A DNA stretch of 63,331 bases, filler included, from Octopus bimaculoides (taxonomy: Eukaryota), in the NCBI RefSeq assembly GCF_001194135.2. It is 4 parts of 4 records of this genome, joined end to end, with 100 filler letters (N's around TTAATTAATTAA, not from the genome) between each part and the next. Parts side by side here need not be neighbours in the genome. Positions count along the whole stretch, not along the records: positions 1 to 15,680 come from NC_068998.1; 3 more parts are not named here. One strand, written 5' to 3'. Under the pieces are notes generated by a model. That model was not told the origin of the DNA. It ran no database searches and saw only the letters and a list, made by a program, of their open reading frames with translations. Made by a program: the position numbers and the translations under genes. Shown piece by piece: positions 1 to 12,993 of the stretch (position 1 is the first letter of the stretch; each line of letters begins with the position of its first letter).

Positions 1-2427
1 TATCGATAATTTCAATTGATTTTAATCGATTTAAATTTCTTTTCTATTTGAAAATTAGTTATGAAACACGTGTAATCTTTTTATTATATTTATCTTATGA
101 TATTTACTTTACTTTATATTATACTCATTTATTGTGCTTTTAATTATTAATTTTTCTATATGTGATAGTGGATTTTCATCGATGAGTTCTTGAAAATTGG
201 TTATTTTCCCTGAAACTATATATTTTATATATACTTTATCTATAAGGCTCAATTTAATTTCAATTTTTTATAAATTGATTTTAATTGAGTTTTTTACCTG
301 TAATTTTGGATTTTGTCCCTAATATTATTATAATTATCTATATATATATATATGTAAGAGACAAGTTGTACGTACGCCGCTATATATATATATATATGTA
401 TAAATAATACAAAATGGGACAAGGACGCAAAACATCCAGACAGTTAGGTGATACACGAAAGGGACAAAACATCCAGATAGATGATACAAAGAAAACACGG
501 ACAGGTCCTATGCATGTGTGCGTAAATTTTCCCTTCTTTACAGATGTGAGTTCGTGTTCCACCGGCAGCCGTCGACTTTTTCTATCCAAACTGGTTTCTC
601 AACCTTATGTTTATAATGCTATTCTCTTTGACAGTGTTCCAAAACAGAATTCTTTCACGGTCTCGCGAAACTTATTTATTTGTCTATCACACACACACAC
701 GCGTATATACACACACACACACTGGTTGTAAAATAAAATAAAACTTCTTGTATACTTAGCACACACGCGTGTATGTTAGCCGCATTTAAGAAGATGTAAG
801 TGATCGCTGGAACATCTAGAAACAGCAATCTAATCTCTGTCAAATCATGTCTTTAAAGAGAAGGAACAAGTTCACATTAGATAATGCTGTCTCAAACACA
901 CCCATGTTGGAAGAAAAGACGGGGAAGTCACGAATGAAACGCCTTTGGCCGTAAGTCTACTCGTGGAGTGCTGACCTAGCGTTAGAGAAGTAACAGGTGT
1001 GTGTAGTATTAGTGTCAGTTTCAATAATATATACACACACACACACAGACATATGCACATATATACATATCCATTCAAACATACATACAGATAGATAGAT
1101 AGATAGATAGATACTTTTATTTGCTTGAGTCATGCTGGAGCACCGAATATAGGAATTTTTACTCCCTTTCATCGATCCAAGTTATTATTTCAGTCTGGTC
1201 GCCACTATCGAACAGAGAGAAGTTACGAGACAGAGACACAACACAAGTGTATACATATGCATACAGAAATACACATATATAAACATAAACACGCACACAC
1301 ACATACACTCTCTCTCACACACACATTATATTGAGTGAGTTATTGGTTGACTTCTTTACTGATATATATATATATATATACACATATATATATATATATA
1401 CACATACACGTCTGTGTATATTATAACTTTTTTACAGCTACCCATCTTTATACTTCCATCTCAATGTATTATAATAATTATTATACATGTGTGTTCATAG
1501 TTTATACGTTTCTCTTCCTCTCTTTCTAAGAGTTTGTCTCTTTTTATTTCGCTTGCTACTCCTTCCTTCCTCTCTGCTCTCACCTTATCTTCCTCTTTCT
1601 TTCCCTCTCTCATAATGTCTCTTTTATCTATTTCTCATTCTTATTCTTCAATTTCAGGAGCGCCTTTTCTTTCTTTCTTTCTCTCTCTCTCTCTCTCTTA
1701 CTTTCTTTCCCTGTTAGTATCTCTCTCCCTATTTCTCCTATTATTCCGTCCTACACCTTGTTTTCTACTCTCTCTCTCTCTGTTTATTTCTATTTCTCCA
1801 GTTACTCCTACACTTAACCTCGTTTTATGCCTCGCCATTCTTTATCTCTTTATTTTATATTTCTCGCTATTCCTCTTAAACTTTTTCTTTCCCCCTTCTC
1901 CTCTTTCTTTTCGCCCTCTCTCCCGCTGTCTATTTATCTCTTTCTTTTTAAACCTATTTTTTACCTGTTTTTATTTCTCTTTCTCTTACACTTTTTTCCT
2001 TCACTTCCTACTGTCTCCCACCCTCTCTTTCTCTCATATTCTCTTACTATTTTTTCCACTTCCCACTTTTACTTCTCACTCTCTGCCATTCTCTTTTTCC
2101 CTCCCCGGATCTTTCAATTTCCGTTCGAATTGATTTCATATTCAATGTAATGATATACTTTTATATGCTAATCAATACCATGAAAATCATTTTTGCTATA
2201 AATCAATAAATAAAAAGTATGTTAGTTATTAAAGTTTGAAAATTTTGAGTAATTTTAGCCAATCGTAACCCACGGACACATTCATGTCTGTTTCCATAGT
2301 AATAAGCTAAACATGAGCACGCTTATCTGTGAGAAAGTACGTTTTAACAAATATATTCGCGTCACTGAGGTGGTTGACGTATGTGCGAAAAATAGCAGCT
2401 AAATAGGTCTTAAATCACGCACTAGAG

Positions 2428-3200
2428 GTGGATGCTGTTTCGTACTTGCTAGAAAAGGGTGTTATACCCAAAAGAAAATTATGCAAAACGAAGAAGCATT
2501 TTATGAGTACAAAAAACGTGGTGAGAATATGCATTGGCAATGCCCGCACCATGGATGCATGGAGTATGTGTCAGTGGGGAAAAACACATGGTTTGAAGAC
2601 GGAACTCTTCCTCTTAGGACTTTAGTGCTTTTCTTTTACTCAGGGGTTAAAGAATTGACTTCAGTCCCGGTTTTGTGCTGAAGAACTGGGGATGAGCCAT
2701 TGCACAACTGTTGATTATAAATGCTATGTTAGGGAAGTATGTGCGGAGGACCTGCTCCGTCATCCAGTTAAGGTTGGTGGTCCTGGGAAGATTGTTAACA
2801 TCGACGAAACAGTCTTCTCAACCGAGGAAGGGTCCAACCTGAGCAGTGGGTTTTCAGAGGAGCGTGTCTCGAGACCAGACAGGTTTTTTTCTTTGTGCGG
2901 TGCCATGTCGGAATCGTGACACTCTGAAGGAATGCATACGTTCATTCGATTCTTCCAGGAACCACAGTTTTCAGCGATTTATGGAGGGCGTACTCTCACA
3001 TTCCTGAAATTGATTGTTACAATTTTGATAATAGAACAGTGACCCACAGCATTGGGGTTATCTCGAAAGATGGTACCCACACTACTCAACAAGTGAAGAG
3101 TACGTGGACCTCTGTAAAGCAAGGTAATAAAGGACGCTATGGTACTCGACGTTCTATGGTAGATTCATATCTGTGAATTTATGTGGCGCAGGAGATATGA
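2428..3200 (+). mobile_element. Merlin/IS1595(ISXO2)-like DNA transposase pseudogene
   Basis: Frameshifted translation gives KVGGPGKIVNIDETVFS, ILPGTTVFSDLWRAY, TVTHS...GTH-TQQVKSTW and YL-EFMWRRRY, the typical ISXO2/Merlin DDE motifs. TIRs were not confidently found. Confidence 0.85.
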
Positions 3201-4260
3201 AAATTGTGATCTGTTCGAGTAATTGCTCAAATAAATTTCTAACTTTCGTTTTCAATGAACTGTTAGTTTTTTAAAATATTTCATTTGTAATATGCTATTT
3301 TGTTTTTGGATAAATCTTTTAAGTTTGTGCTATAAGTTTCTTGTTTTAGAGAACTATTTAATTTGTAATGTACTATTTATCGCATTACATGCATTATGAA
3401 TGCTTAAAACTACAAAATACGTGTTGTTGTTTACTCGTTTTCTTCTCATCGAGGTGGTTGTAAGGTGTGCTAAAAATAACAAGCTAAATAGGCCTTACCT
3501 CGCGCACCGACACATTTTTTTTCCAGCATAATCGTAAGGATTCCCACCTGTAGAATACAAATTCGCGAAAATTTTCTGAAGATTCCCAAAATGTAAGTTA
3601 TAAGATGTTATATGTCGTACGTAATTCATTTGTTTGTGGTTTCATATAAAAACACACGTGTTATTTTCAGGATGTTGACAAAATGTAGTCCCGCACAAAA
3701 TCCTGTTTCCTGACTGGGTGAAAACTATCAAACTTTACACCTCTATAACTGCAACAGGGATGAGGTGGTGGTGGGGGGGACTGGAACACGGTGTAAAATA
3801 TCAGTTTGTTAGTACATGTGGTTTTTCATTGATAAGACTTCCAGCGCTTGACTTGTTACTATGGAAACAAGCAACTATATGTCTGTGGCTTTTGATCTCC
3901 AAACTTTAAACGCTGTTTAAGCTGTTTATTTATTGATTTATAGTGAAAATGAAATTCGTGTTAATAATCAGCATACAAAACACCAATACACCAAATTTGA
4001 AATCGAAACAAAATTAAAGGAATTGAAAAGCGGAAGCCAAACAGAGATGNNNNNNNNNNNNNNNNNNNNNNNNNNNNNNNNNNNNNNNNNNNNNNNNNNN
4101 NNNNNNNNNNNNNNNNNNNNNNNNNNNNNNNNNNNNNNNNNNNNNNNNNNNNNNNNNNNNNNNNNNNNNNNNNNNNNNNNNNNNNNNNNNNNNNNNNNNN
4201 NNNNNNNNNNNNNNNNNNNNNNNNNNNNNNNNNNNNNNNNNAACTTTTAGTGCCTAGTTC

Positions 4261-4392
4261 GGTATATTGGTTTCAAATTTTGGCACAAGTCCAGCAATTT
4301 TGGGAGATGGGGAGAATTGATTGCATCGACCCCAGTGCTTAACTGGCCCTTATTTTATTGACTGCGGAGGGATTTGCCAGCTCACCGCCTTA
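4261..4392 (-). mobile_element. Degenerate SINE family B copy
   Basis: Reverse complement matches the family B head (aaggcggtgagctggcaaa) and tail (cactggggtcgatgcaatc...cttgtgccaaaatttgaaacc) seen in other copies in this window. Confidence 0.7.
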
Positions 4393-5163
4393 CCTTCTTC
4401 TGTATATTAAATACAAATGCTGCATAATCTTTCATAAAATGAGTTTTAAAACTTCTTTCATTAACAGAAATTTATGCATGCAACACACATACATACATGT
4501 GTCTGTGGACATGTGAAAATCTTTTTTTATTATTCCTATTTCAATAAATAATTGTTTAAATTTTGTATGTGTTTGTGTTATATTTTTAATAATATTTTTA
4601 AAACCATATCTAACTGGTTCAATACTGTTTCGATTTGCAACTGACTCGTTGAAGATATCTAACATGTAAACCTCTTTCTTTGAATGTTTAAACCAACGAT
4701 TCTCAGAACATTTCTTGTCTATGGACCCCTTTGATTACTTTTTCATTCATGCAGACCCCTATTGTCATTTCATATTTGGCATGGCTGTGTTGAGAGAATT
4801 TGCTTTCCAACCACGTGATTTAAGCTGAGTTCAGTCCCAACCAATCGCCCAGGAACAAAATTTGCTTAATGGGTGCAAACTCAGGTCTAAAATATTTTAC
4901 AAACAAGGCTGATTTTTTTTTTTTTCAATCTTAATAGTTTGGTTGAACTTGTATTTAGTTCAAATGGGATCTGAAATGCAGTTAATAGCACCCCGAAGAA
5001 GCTGAAATTAACATCAAAATACATACCAAGACGTAATATTTTACAGTGTGCACTGAGTGGCAGCAGAAACATATGTAGGTGCAGAAATGGAAAGATGTGA
5101 CTGATTGCAGAATAAAACTGGATATATAAATATCTGTTCTCCTTAATTATTAAATTATATCAT

Positions 5164-5537
5164 AGTGGCTGTGTGGTAAGTAGCTTGCTTACCAACCACA
5201 TGGTTCCGGGTTCAGTCCCACTGTGTGACACCTTGGGCAAGTGTCTTCTACTATAGCCTCGGGCCGACCAAAGCCTTGTGAGTGGATTTGGTAGACGGAA
5301 ACTGAAAGAAGCCCGTCGTATATATGTATATATATGTGTGTGTCTGTGTTTGTCCCCCCAACATCGCTTGACAACCGATGCTGGTGTGTTTACGTCCCCG
5401 TAACTTAGCAGTTCGGCAAAAGACAGATAGAACAAGTACTAGGCTTCCAAAGAATAAGTCCTGGGGTCGATTTGCTCGACTAAAGGCGGTGCTCCAGCAT
5501 GGCCGCAGTCAAATGACTGAAACAAGTAAAAGAGTAT
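5164..5537 (+). mobile_element. tRNA-derived SINE family A
   Basis: A-box TGGCTGTGTGG, B-box GGTTCAGTCC, ccttgggcaagtgtctt motif, internal (TA/TG)n and tail ggcggtgctccagcatggccgcagtc. Near-identical to 18852-19245. Confidence 0.9.
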
Positions 5538-8193
5538 NNNNNNNNNNNNNNNNNNNNNNNNNNNNNNNNNNNNNNNNNNNNNNNNNNNNNNNNNNNNNNN
5601 NNNNNNNNNNNNNNNNNNNNNNNNNNNNNNNNNNNNNNNNNNNNNNNNNNNNNNNNNNNNNNACGGACCAGTTGTAGTGCTGAGGTATATTAAACAGATT
5701 ATTTTTATTCCTGAAATTTGCGTTCTTTTACAAAATACAGTTCCTTTACATAATATTAGGGATTGCTCTATTAAGGGCTGAATTGAGATTAAAGAAAATG
5801 AAGGAAATAAATGTAAATATGAAGAAATAACTTGTAATATTTTATATGTGAACTTATTGAACGTATAATATTTAATTGGCTTGTATAGTAATGGGAAGAA
5901 TACAGACCAAATTAACATGAAAAAAAAAAAAAGAAAAATATTGCTGATGGTAACAATACATGGGAGATAATTCTAAAGAAAAACTTGTGAGTGGAGATAA
6001 CTCTAGCCAAGTTTTATTTTACGTTCACTTAATTTCGCGGTTCGGAAAAGAAAATGACCAAATAAAGATAAGTATTAGGGACAATTTCTTTGACTAAATC
6101 ATTCAAAGCGGTGCCTAAGCATGACTGCAGTCCAATGCTTAAAGCAAATAAAAGATAAAACATAACTCTACAGCACACAGCACGCGTCCAAGGATGAATC
6201 GTTGCGAAGAACGGAATGGATATAAGAAAGGGACGTATCTATCTTTACAGATTCCCCCACTCCCTCATCGCCACAGAACCAAGGAAACGGACTGAAAGAC
6301 TGACAGAGACGATTGTAAGGTAGTCAAAACGGATCGCATTTATAAAGACAATATAACGTCAAGACACAAGTCTTGAAATTTTGGGGAGGAGGCTTGTGTG
6401 TGTGTGTGTATCTGAGTCAGCTCCGTCGCGTGACTTCAAGAGTCCCCCTGCAACTTTTTGTCGTGAGGCCTCATCCCTTCAATCAAAATTCATAATCTAC
6501 GCACCTTTTATTCATAGATAAATTTTACTTTATTCTATCTGAAGTTCAATATTTCACGTTATCCTAAAGAACATCTTTAGAAGTACAAGTTAAATTTATT
6601 TAGGTCTATGGCAAATTCCAGTAAGTAAAATTTCCAGGTATGAATAAAAGTGCACTTTCGTAATCCAGGTAACTTTCAAAAACAAACACGGTGCACTTTT
6701 TGCTTCGCGAAATCATTGATCAGCTCAGAATAATCAAGCTGAGAGCTAAGTTCATGTTCAATAGATGTCAGAGACAATCCACAAAGCCTGGTACACGTTC
6801 GTGGTACACGTTCGTGGTACACTGTAATATTTTTACGAGAACTTTTGCAGGTTCAATGTGTTACCATTTTATTGCTTGAAATTTTCAGTTAACATTGATA
6901 GTTCAATTCTTGTTCAGTAACTTAACCAAAGTAAATAGATGACTCATCTACGTACTTTGATCTTAACATGGGGCCCTTCAAACGCATAGGCTCCCTGTGC
7001 AGGGGTTGCAAGGGCTTAGCGACGGCCCCGATCTGTGTATATATTATGTATACGTATGTGTGTATATATGACTGTTTATGCGTGAGTGTTTGTTATTATT
7101 GGCGAGTAATAATAATTCTCATATTATTATAGTCATCGGAATATGGTTGATCTACAAATCGTTCTTGTTATCTATTAGGCTGACCTCCTCATCAGCTTAA
7201 GCCTATTCCAACGAACAAAATAAATAATAATACCACCACCAACAGCAACAAAAATATCATCATCATTGATAACAACAACGATAGTGGATCTTGCATGCAT
7301 GAAGTGGATTCGATCCACCATAGCCAAATTTAAATTAACACTGCAACATAACTTTTCCCACGGTGGAACAATGGTTTTTCTCTGACAGCAGTTTTACATT
7401 TTCCAGATGCTAGGCCAAAATAATGTCTTCACCACTTGACCCTTTCTAACCTCTTCTACTCCACCAAAAGCTAGAATAGAGATAACAAGACCACCAACTA
7501 AATCTATTGTTCTCAATGATATGTCTATCCTTCTGGATAGTTACAAAAACAAGAAACCTCAAGCAAAAACCAAGTAGTCACTTGGCGACTACGGAGCAAG
7601 GCGGCTCGTGACGACTCAATTAGTTAGGGAACGAACTGCTATAATCATGATCACAAGACTACTAAGACAATGGTCAGTGTGAGAAATGCAATTTACTGTC
7701 AGCAACTGTGAGACAACGTCCCACAACCCTACAACTTTCACTAGCTCTAATTCTGTTCTCTTACAACATCATTCTATCGCTATCTGTGGATTACTACTAA
7801 CAATTCGTATACGCCAAACTATGCAAAGAAACATTCTACCACATCTTTCTTTCGCATGCTCTCGGATGTTATAACCTGCCCGTCGAGGTATGGTATTTTT
7901 CAACGTAATGGTGAATAAATACTTTCTTAAAACTCCATGCCTTGTTCATCTTTCACATCCTACAACATGCCGTTATAACAACAACAAAATTTTATCGACA
8001 CAACTGCTGACTCCAACATTTCATAATATTGTTTACAAAACGAAACTTAACCGTTACAATTGATAACTCTGAACAAGAGAATTGCAGCCTTCTCAAAACA
8101 TACGTATGCACTTACGTTTACATGTATATACGCCTGTGTATACACGTATGTGTGTGTACACGTTCGCGTGTATGTGTATATATGTATGCATGC

Positions 8194-8226
<33 letters not shown>

Positions 8227-8444
8227 TGTATGTATGTATGTATTCCTAAATGACAATCAAATATGATAAGGAGAAGACTTGACTGATATGAACCAAAAGG
8301 GCTGAGGTGGTTCAGATGGAGAACTTTAATCTTGTTTTGTAAAAAGAAAATATTAATAGATAAATAGAATTATTAGTTCAATTCAAATCTGACAAGGAAG
8401 TGGAAACAAGGATTATGATAGATAAATTAATTAATCAAATTAAA

Positions 8445-8800
8445 AGGCGTGGGTGTGGTTGTGGTTGTGTAGTAAGAAGCTTGCTTCCCAACCACATGGT
8501 TTCAGGTTCAGTCCAACTGCATAGTACTTTGGGGCACATGTCTTCTACTATAACTTCGGATAGACCAAAATCTTGTGAGTGGATTTGGTAGACAGAAACT
8601 GACAGAAGCCGGTTGTATATATGCATGTGTATATATATATATATATATTTATTTACCAGACAACAAATGGAAATTATGACATACATGTGTTTATATATAT
8701 ATAAATAAGTACCGGGGTGGTTTCATTTAACTAAAAATTTTTGAAGGCGGTGCCCCAGCATGGCCACAGTCTAATGACTGAAAGAAGTATAAGATAAAGA
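8445..8800 (+). mobile_element. SINE family A, diverged copy
   Basis: Head, gtgagtggatttggtagacagaaact body and ggcggtgccccagcatggccacagt tail align to the other family A copies. Confidence 0.8.
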
Positions 8801-9065
8801 TTATGTACTGCTGAATGAAAAGAAGGCAGTCTGAGAGAGAGAGAGAGAAAGGCAGAGGTAGAGAGAGAGAGAGAGAGAGAATAAGGTCTAAGACCAATGG
8901 ATTCAAGACATGTACCAGTCATGAAGTTGATGATAGCATGGTTGCAAGTACATTTAAATATATGAAGTTAGAGAATGCTGTTGGTCCATCAGGGTCGTGC
9001 CAGGGCAAGTGATACTAGGACAACTCATATCAGATCACTCATACCTGGACAACTGATATCTAGGA

Positions 9066-9220
9066 CAGGGGCAGACAGAGTATTATGGGCCCTCAGGCAT
9101 AACTGTTCACTGGGCTCCTTAGCATTGATATCAAAGAGAGTTAACATGAAGAGTGCGGGCCTCCCAGAGCTCCGGACATTTGGGCAGTGCCTGGTTGATA
9201 GATGGCTCGCTCTGCCCTTG
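9066..9220. mobile_element. 155-bp hAT-type MITE
   Basis: TIRs CAGGGGCAGA / TCTGCCCTTG (9/10 match), flanked by a perfect 8-bp TSD ATCTAGGA (9058-9065 and 9221-9228). An 8-bp TSD is characteristic of hAT. Confidence 0.85.
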
Positions 9221-9529
9221 ATCTAGGACAACTGATATATAGGACAACTCATTACAGGTGATAAAGTGATAAAGATTTAATTATGAAAGAAAAGCTCAAT
9301 AAAACAACCGCACACACACACACACACCACACATACACACATCACACACACACACACACCTATACACCACACACACACACGCACGCACACACACACACAA
9401 ATACATACCACACACACATCACACACATGCACACATGCGCATCTGCAAACACCCCCCCACACACACACACGCACTACACACATTTCAGGCCTTGTGCCAA
9501 GAGTAGAAAAGAATATTATCAAGTAAGTG

Positions 9530-9860
9530 AAGGTGCGTTGTTTAGTGGTTAAGGTATTCAGCTCAGGATCTTCACGTCATGAGTTCAATTCCCAGCAGGT
9601 TGTTGTGTCCTTGAGCAAGACACTTTATTTCACATTGCTCCAGTCCACACAGTTGGCAACCTGTGTTGGTGTATTTACATCCCTGTAACATAGTGGTTGG
9701 GCACAAGAGGCCAATGGAATAAGTAGAAGGCTCAAAATAAAAATAAAAATAAAAAAGTGCTGGGGGTTGATTCGTACAGCTAAAAGTTCCTCAAGGCAGT
9801 GCACCAGCATGGCCGCAGTCTAATGATTGAAACAAGTAAAAAAAATAGAAGATAAAATAA
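9530..9860 (+). mobile_element. tRNA-derived SINE family C (shares 3' tail with family A)
   Basis: tttagtggttaagg A-box, gagttcaattccc B-box, gtgtccttgagcaagacacttt motif and ggcagtgcaccagcatggccgcagtc tail. Confidence 0.8.
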
Positions 9861-10045
9861 ACATAATTATACAGAGAAGATAAAAAGAAAACGAAAATTG
9901 AAATAATCTTGGAAAAGATAATTTGTTAAGTAATGTATGTGTAGGTGTGTGTCTGTGTGTGTGTATGTATATATATTTATATTTATATTTATATATATAT
10001 GTATGTAGATATACATATATATATATATTTATATGTCTGTAGTTA

Positions 10046-10080
<35 letters not shown>

Positions 10081-10204
10081 NNNNNNNNNNNNNNNNNNNN
10101 NNNNNNNNNNNNNNNNNNNNNNNNNNNNNNNNNNNNNNNNNNNNNNNNNNNNNNNNNNNNNNNNNNNNNNNNNNNNNNNNNNNNNNNNNNNNNNNNNNNN
10201 NNNN

Positions 10205-10249
<45 letters not shown>

Positions 10250-10875
10250 GTGTGTGTCCATACATATATATACATATACACACATATATATATACATTAT
10301 ATATATATATACATACATATATATGTATATGTGTGTGTGCGTGCGTGTGTGCGTGCATGTGTGTGTGTGAACATCGTGTAAAACAACTAAAGATAAAATG
10401 CGATAATATAACTTTTTTTTTAATCTGCAACTCAAGCCCATGTGAGAAATATCCCATCTGTCACCTGTAAATCTCTATAAATGCTACAAAAATTGTAATT
10501 TTGTTACCTATTGTGTCTTCCTCTTACTGAAACCAAGGTGAGTGCCTATTTGTTGTTGTTTTTGTTGTTGTCAAGCCATTTTTCGCCCTTGAAGTACAGA
10601 TCACCGATCGCAAGAATCCTGTTTTGTTTGTTTGTTATTTTTTCCTTTTTTTTCTTTAGGTCAAGTGTACACTTAGACTGTTTTATATCCGATGTGTTCT
10701 TTCTTTAAAACAGTATATGTGTAGGTTGAGTGAGATTGGCTGCTATTTCTGGCAGTTTGATCAACTAGACACAACCTTGCTTCCCAACATGAGATCTTCA
10801 GATCACTCGGGATCCACACAAAATAAATAAATAAACAAAATTACTGGGTGCGTCGGTGAAATGAGTGATGGCATA

Positions 10876-11045
10876 TGGCACGTAGCCTAGTGGTTAAGGT
10901 GTTGCACTTGTGATTGTAAGATTGTAGTTTTGATTCCAGGATGGGAGAATGCATTGTGTTCATGAGCTAAACATTTCACGTAAAGCTGCTTCTGTCCACT
11001 CAGATGGAAATGCAAAATCCTTCGATGGACCGGTGTCCTGTTTAG
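10876..11045 (+). mobile_element. Degenerate tRNA-headed SINE
   Basis: tagcctagtggttaagg A-box, degenerate B-box (gttttgattcc) and ctgtccactcag central motif resembling family C. Confidence 0.6.
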
Positions 11046-11619
11046 CATGAGTGTTGTGATCTCAGTCACTTATGCTCCATGGAAACTGAGTATTCCACCT
11101 ATTCAATCTTTGGGCTCAAGACAGGTAGAACTGCAGAACTGTGAACTAAATCCTAAAATCTGGGGCCCGTGACAAAATGATTTCATCAAAAGGGGTCTTT
11201 GGTAAAGATAAGGTTGAGAAACATGACCATGCACATAGAGGTTCTGTCCCCAGTTTACTCTTGTAGTCTGTTGTGAGTAAAGTGGAGAATGGAATGATAG
11301 TTGAGCTGAACAACAGGGGGCGATGTTTAAAGTTTTTACATGTTTCGGAAATTAACTCCACCTTACACCTTTTTATATTACATTCCCTTTGGCATTCACT
11401 TCAAATTTATGTGGACCTGGCTTTGACTTACACTTACCTCCCATTGCTTCGTACTTTGGTCAAGTGTTTTCAGCAATAGCTTCGCATCAACTCAACTCAA
11501 ACCCGTTTTTTAGTAAAACGGAACAGACAGAAATTATGCGGAAGGCCATCGAATAAATCTTTACCTGTTCTTTGGGCAAAAAATTTAAAAGCTGGTTGGC
11601 TGTTTTGATCCACTGGAGA

Positions 11620-11725
11620 TAGATTTAATCAGCTTTGGATGGTAGATTTAATGCCCTGAGAAAGATTAAATTCACCGGGATAGATTTACTCAGCCGAATA
11701 GTAGATTTAATATGTTGTAGATTTT
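11620..11725. promoter_or_regulatory. Homotypic cluster of TAGATTTA motifs upstream of the peptide gene
   Basis: Exact TAGATTTA at 11620, 11643, 11681 and 11702, variants at 11662 and 11718, and a further copy at 12080. A regulatory function is inferred only. Confidence 0.4.
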
Positions 11726-11902
11726 AAACCCAATATTCACATGCTATTATTTATAGTGTTATGTGATGTGCTTCAAGAACGAATTAGCCAATAAAGAATT
11801 ATTTCATGTTCTCTTGAAAGTTTATAAAATTCTTACAATATGGAAATATGCAGTTCTTGCTGGTAAGAATAAAGCTTCTAGAATGGGTAGGAAAATTCAA
11901 AG

Positions 11903-11972
11903 GAATGTTTTGGTCCAATGGTAGAACACCTGTCATGTCTACAAGAGGTGTGGGTTTGAGTCCTACAGGCCT
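11903..11972 (+). pseudogene. tRNA-like relic (tRNA pseudogene or solitary SINE head)
   Basis: A-box TGGTCCAATGG, ACACC/GGTGT stem and B-box-like GGTTTGAGTCC. The anticodon loop is non-canonical. Confidence 0.4.
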
Positions 11973-12684
11973 TTAACTTATTCTATCCGAAGTGGTTTTT
12001 TGACATTATTAACATGCTGTTATTTATAACTTCGTGTGATGTGCTTTGAGAACCAATGATCCTGAAAAAGAATCGATGGTAGATTTAAACCATGCATGGG
12101 AAATTCAATTAAGTTTGCTTGGGCACTTCACGCAGTCAATTTTAAGGACACACTGATAACAGAGTAAACCAGATGATGTAAAACAAATGCAAATAGGTCA
12201 GTATTTGTTGTATTCCTGTTATTTGTTCTAAACTGTGCACATACAGCATTTAACATTGACTGAACATTTACTTTTAGATATTGGTTAAATTTTATAAATA
12301 CATTTTTTTCTTGTTGCCTTATGATTAGTTGCTGAAAACAGGCTAAAGTTGTGAAAGCAGTCCAAAAAGTTCAGATGCAATTAATGGTGTAGCTAGAGTG
12401 TGTACTGCCCGGGATAGCCCTCAAGTTTACTGCTCCCATCCCCAGCTAACACTGCCTGTTCACACTTATACAATAGACTCAAAATTGTCATTCCTTAAAT
12501 GAGTTGTTTGAAGCAAGCTGTCCCCATAGCTGTCCCCCCATTTAGCTTTGCTACTTGACTCAATGGGAATACAACAATAAAACTGAGAAGTTCCAAGAAA
12601 GTAAGCAACTTGTTATTCAATTATAATATATTTTTGATTTATCAGTAACTTAATCTAAATCTTATATCTATATAGGCCGCAGTC

Positions 12685-12778
12685 ATGAAGCTTGCTCTCG
12701 TTCTATTGGTTTTGTTGCCATTGGCACTGTCTGCCTCTTTAGGAGAAAGTGAAAGTGAAACTGCAAAGAGGAGTTTAA
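12685..12778 (+). CDS. Coding exon 1 of predicted secreted Cys-rich peptide precursor (signal peptide, acidic propeptide, KR)
   Basis: Translates MKLALVLLVLLPLALSASLGESESETAKRSL and ends at a perfect donor A|GTAAGT (12779-12784, phase 1). Upstream AG acceptors at 12674-12675 or 12681-12682. Confidence 0.8.
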
Positions 12779-12799
12779 GTAAGTCAAATCTACTTTTAC

Positions 12800-12993
12800 T
12801 ACTGCTACTGCTGCTGCTGCTACCACCCCACCCCACTATCACCACCACCACCACCACCACAGCCGCCACCACCACCACCACCTCCACCACCACTACCACT
12901 ACCGCTGCTGCTACTGCTGTTTGCTGCTGTTGCAACACTACTACTACTGCTGCTGCTGCTGCATCATTACTACTACTACTACTACTACTACTA
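12800..12993. repeat. Compound trinucleotide microsatellite (CTG/CAC/CTA) in intron 1
   Basis: Direct reading; runs into an N gap. Confidence 0.95.

Noticed and set aside
1534-2150. 199-aa and 107-aa hydrophobic ORFs
   Set aside because: Degenerate CT-rich low-complexity tract; the Leu/Ser/Phe bias is compositional.
6251-6318. Possible exon (TTTACAG|...AAG|GTAGTC), and a strong donor at 10537/10538
   Set aside because: They could be UTR exons, but no coding signal or partner sites can be tied to them from sequence alone.
7867-7980. Solo LTR or MITE (TGTTATAAC...GTTATAACA with internal AATAAA)
   Set aside because: No TSD, only 114 bp, a single copy here, and the 9-bp termini are AT-rich and self-palindromic.
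9945-10470. Long ORFs made of YI/CV/HT repeats or X runs (here and at 16.5, 21.4, 23.4, 27.3, 45.9, 47.5, 52.4, 53.5 and 56.2 kb)
   Set aside because: These are translations of dinucleotide microsatellites and N gaps.
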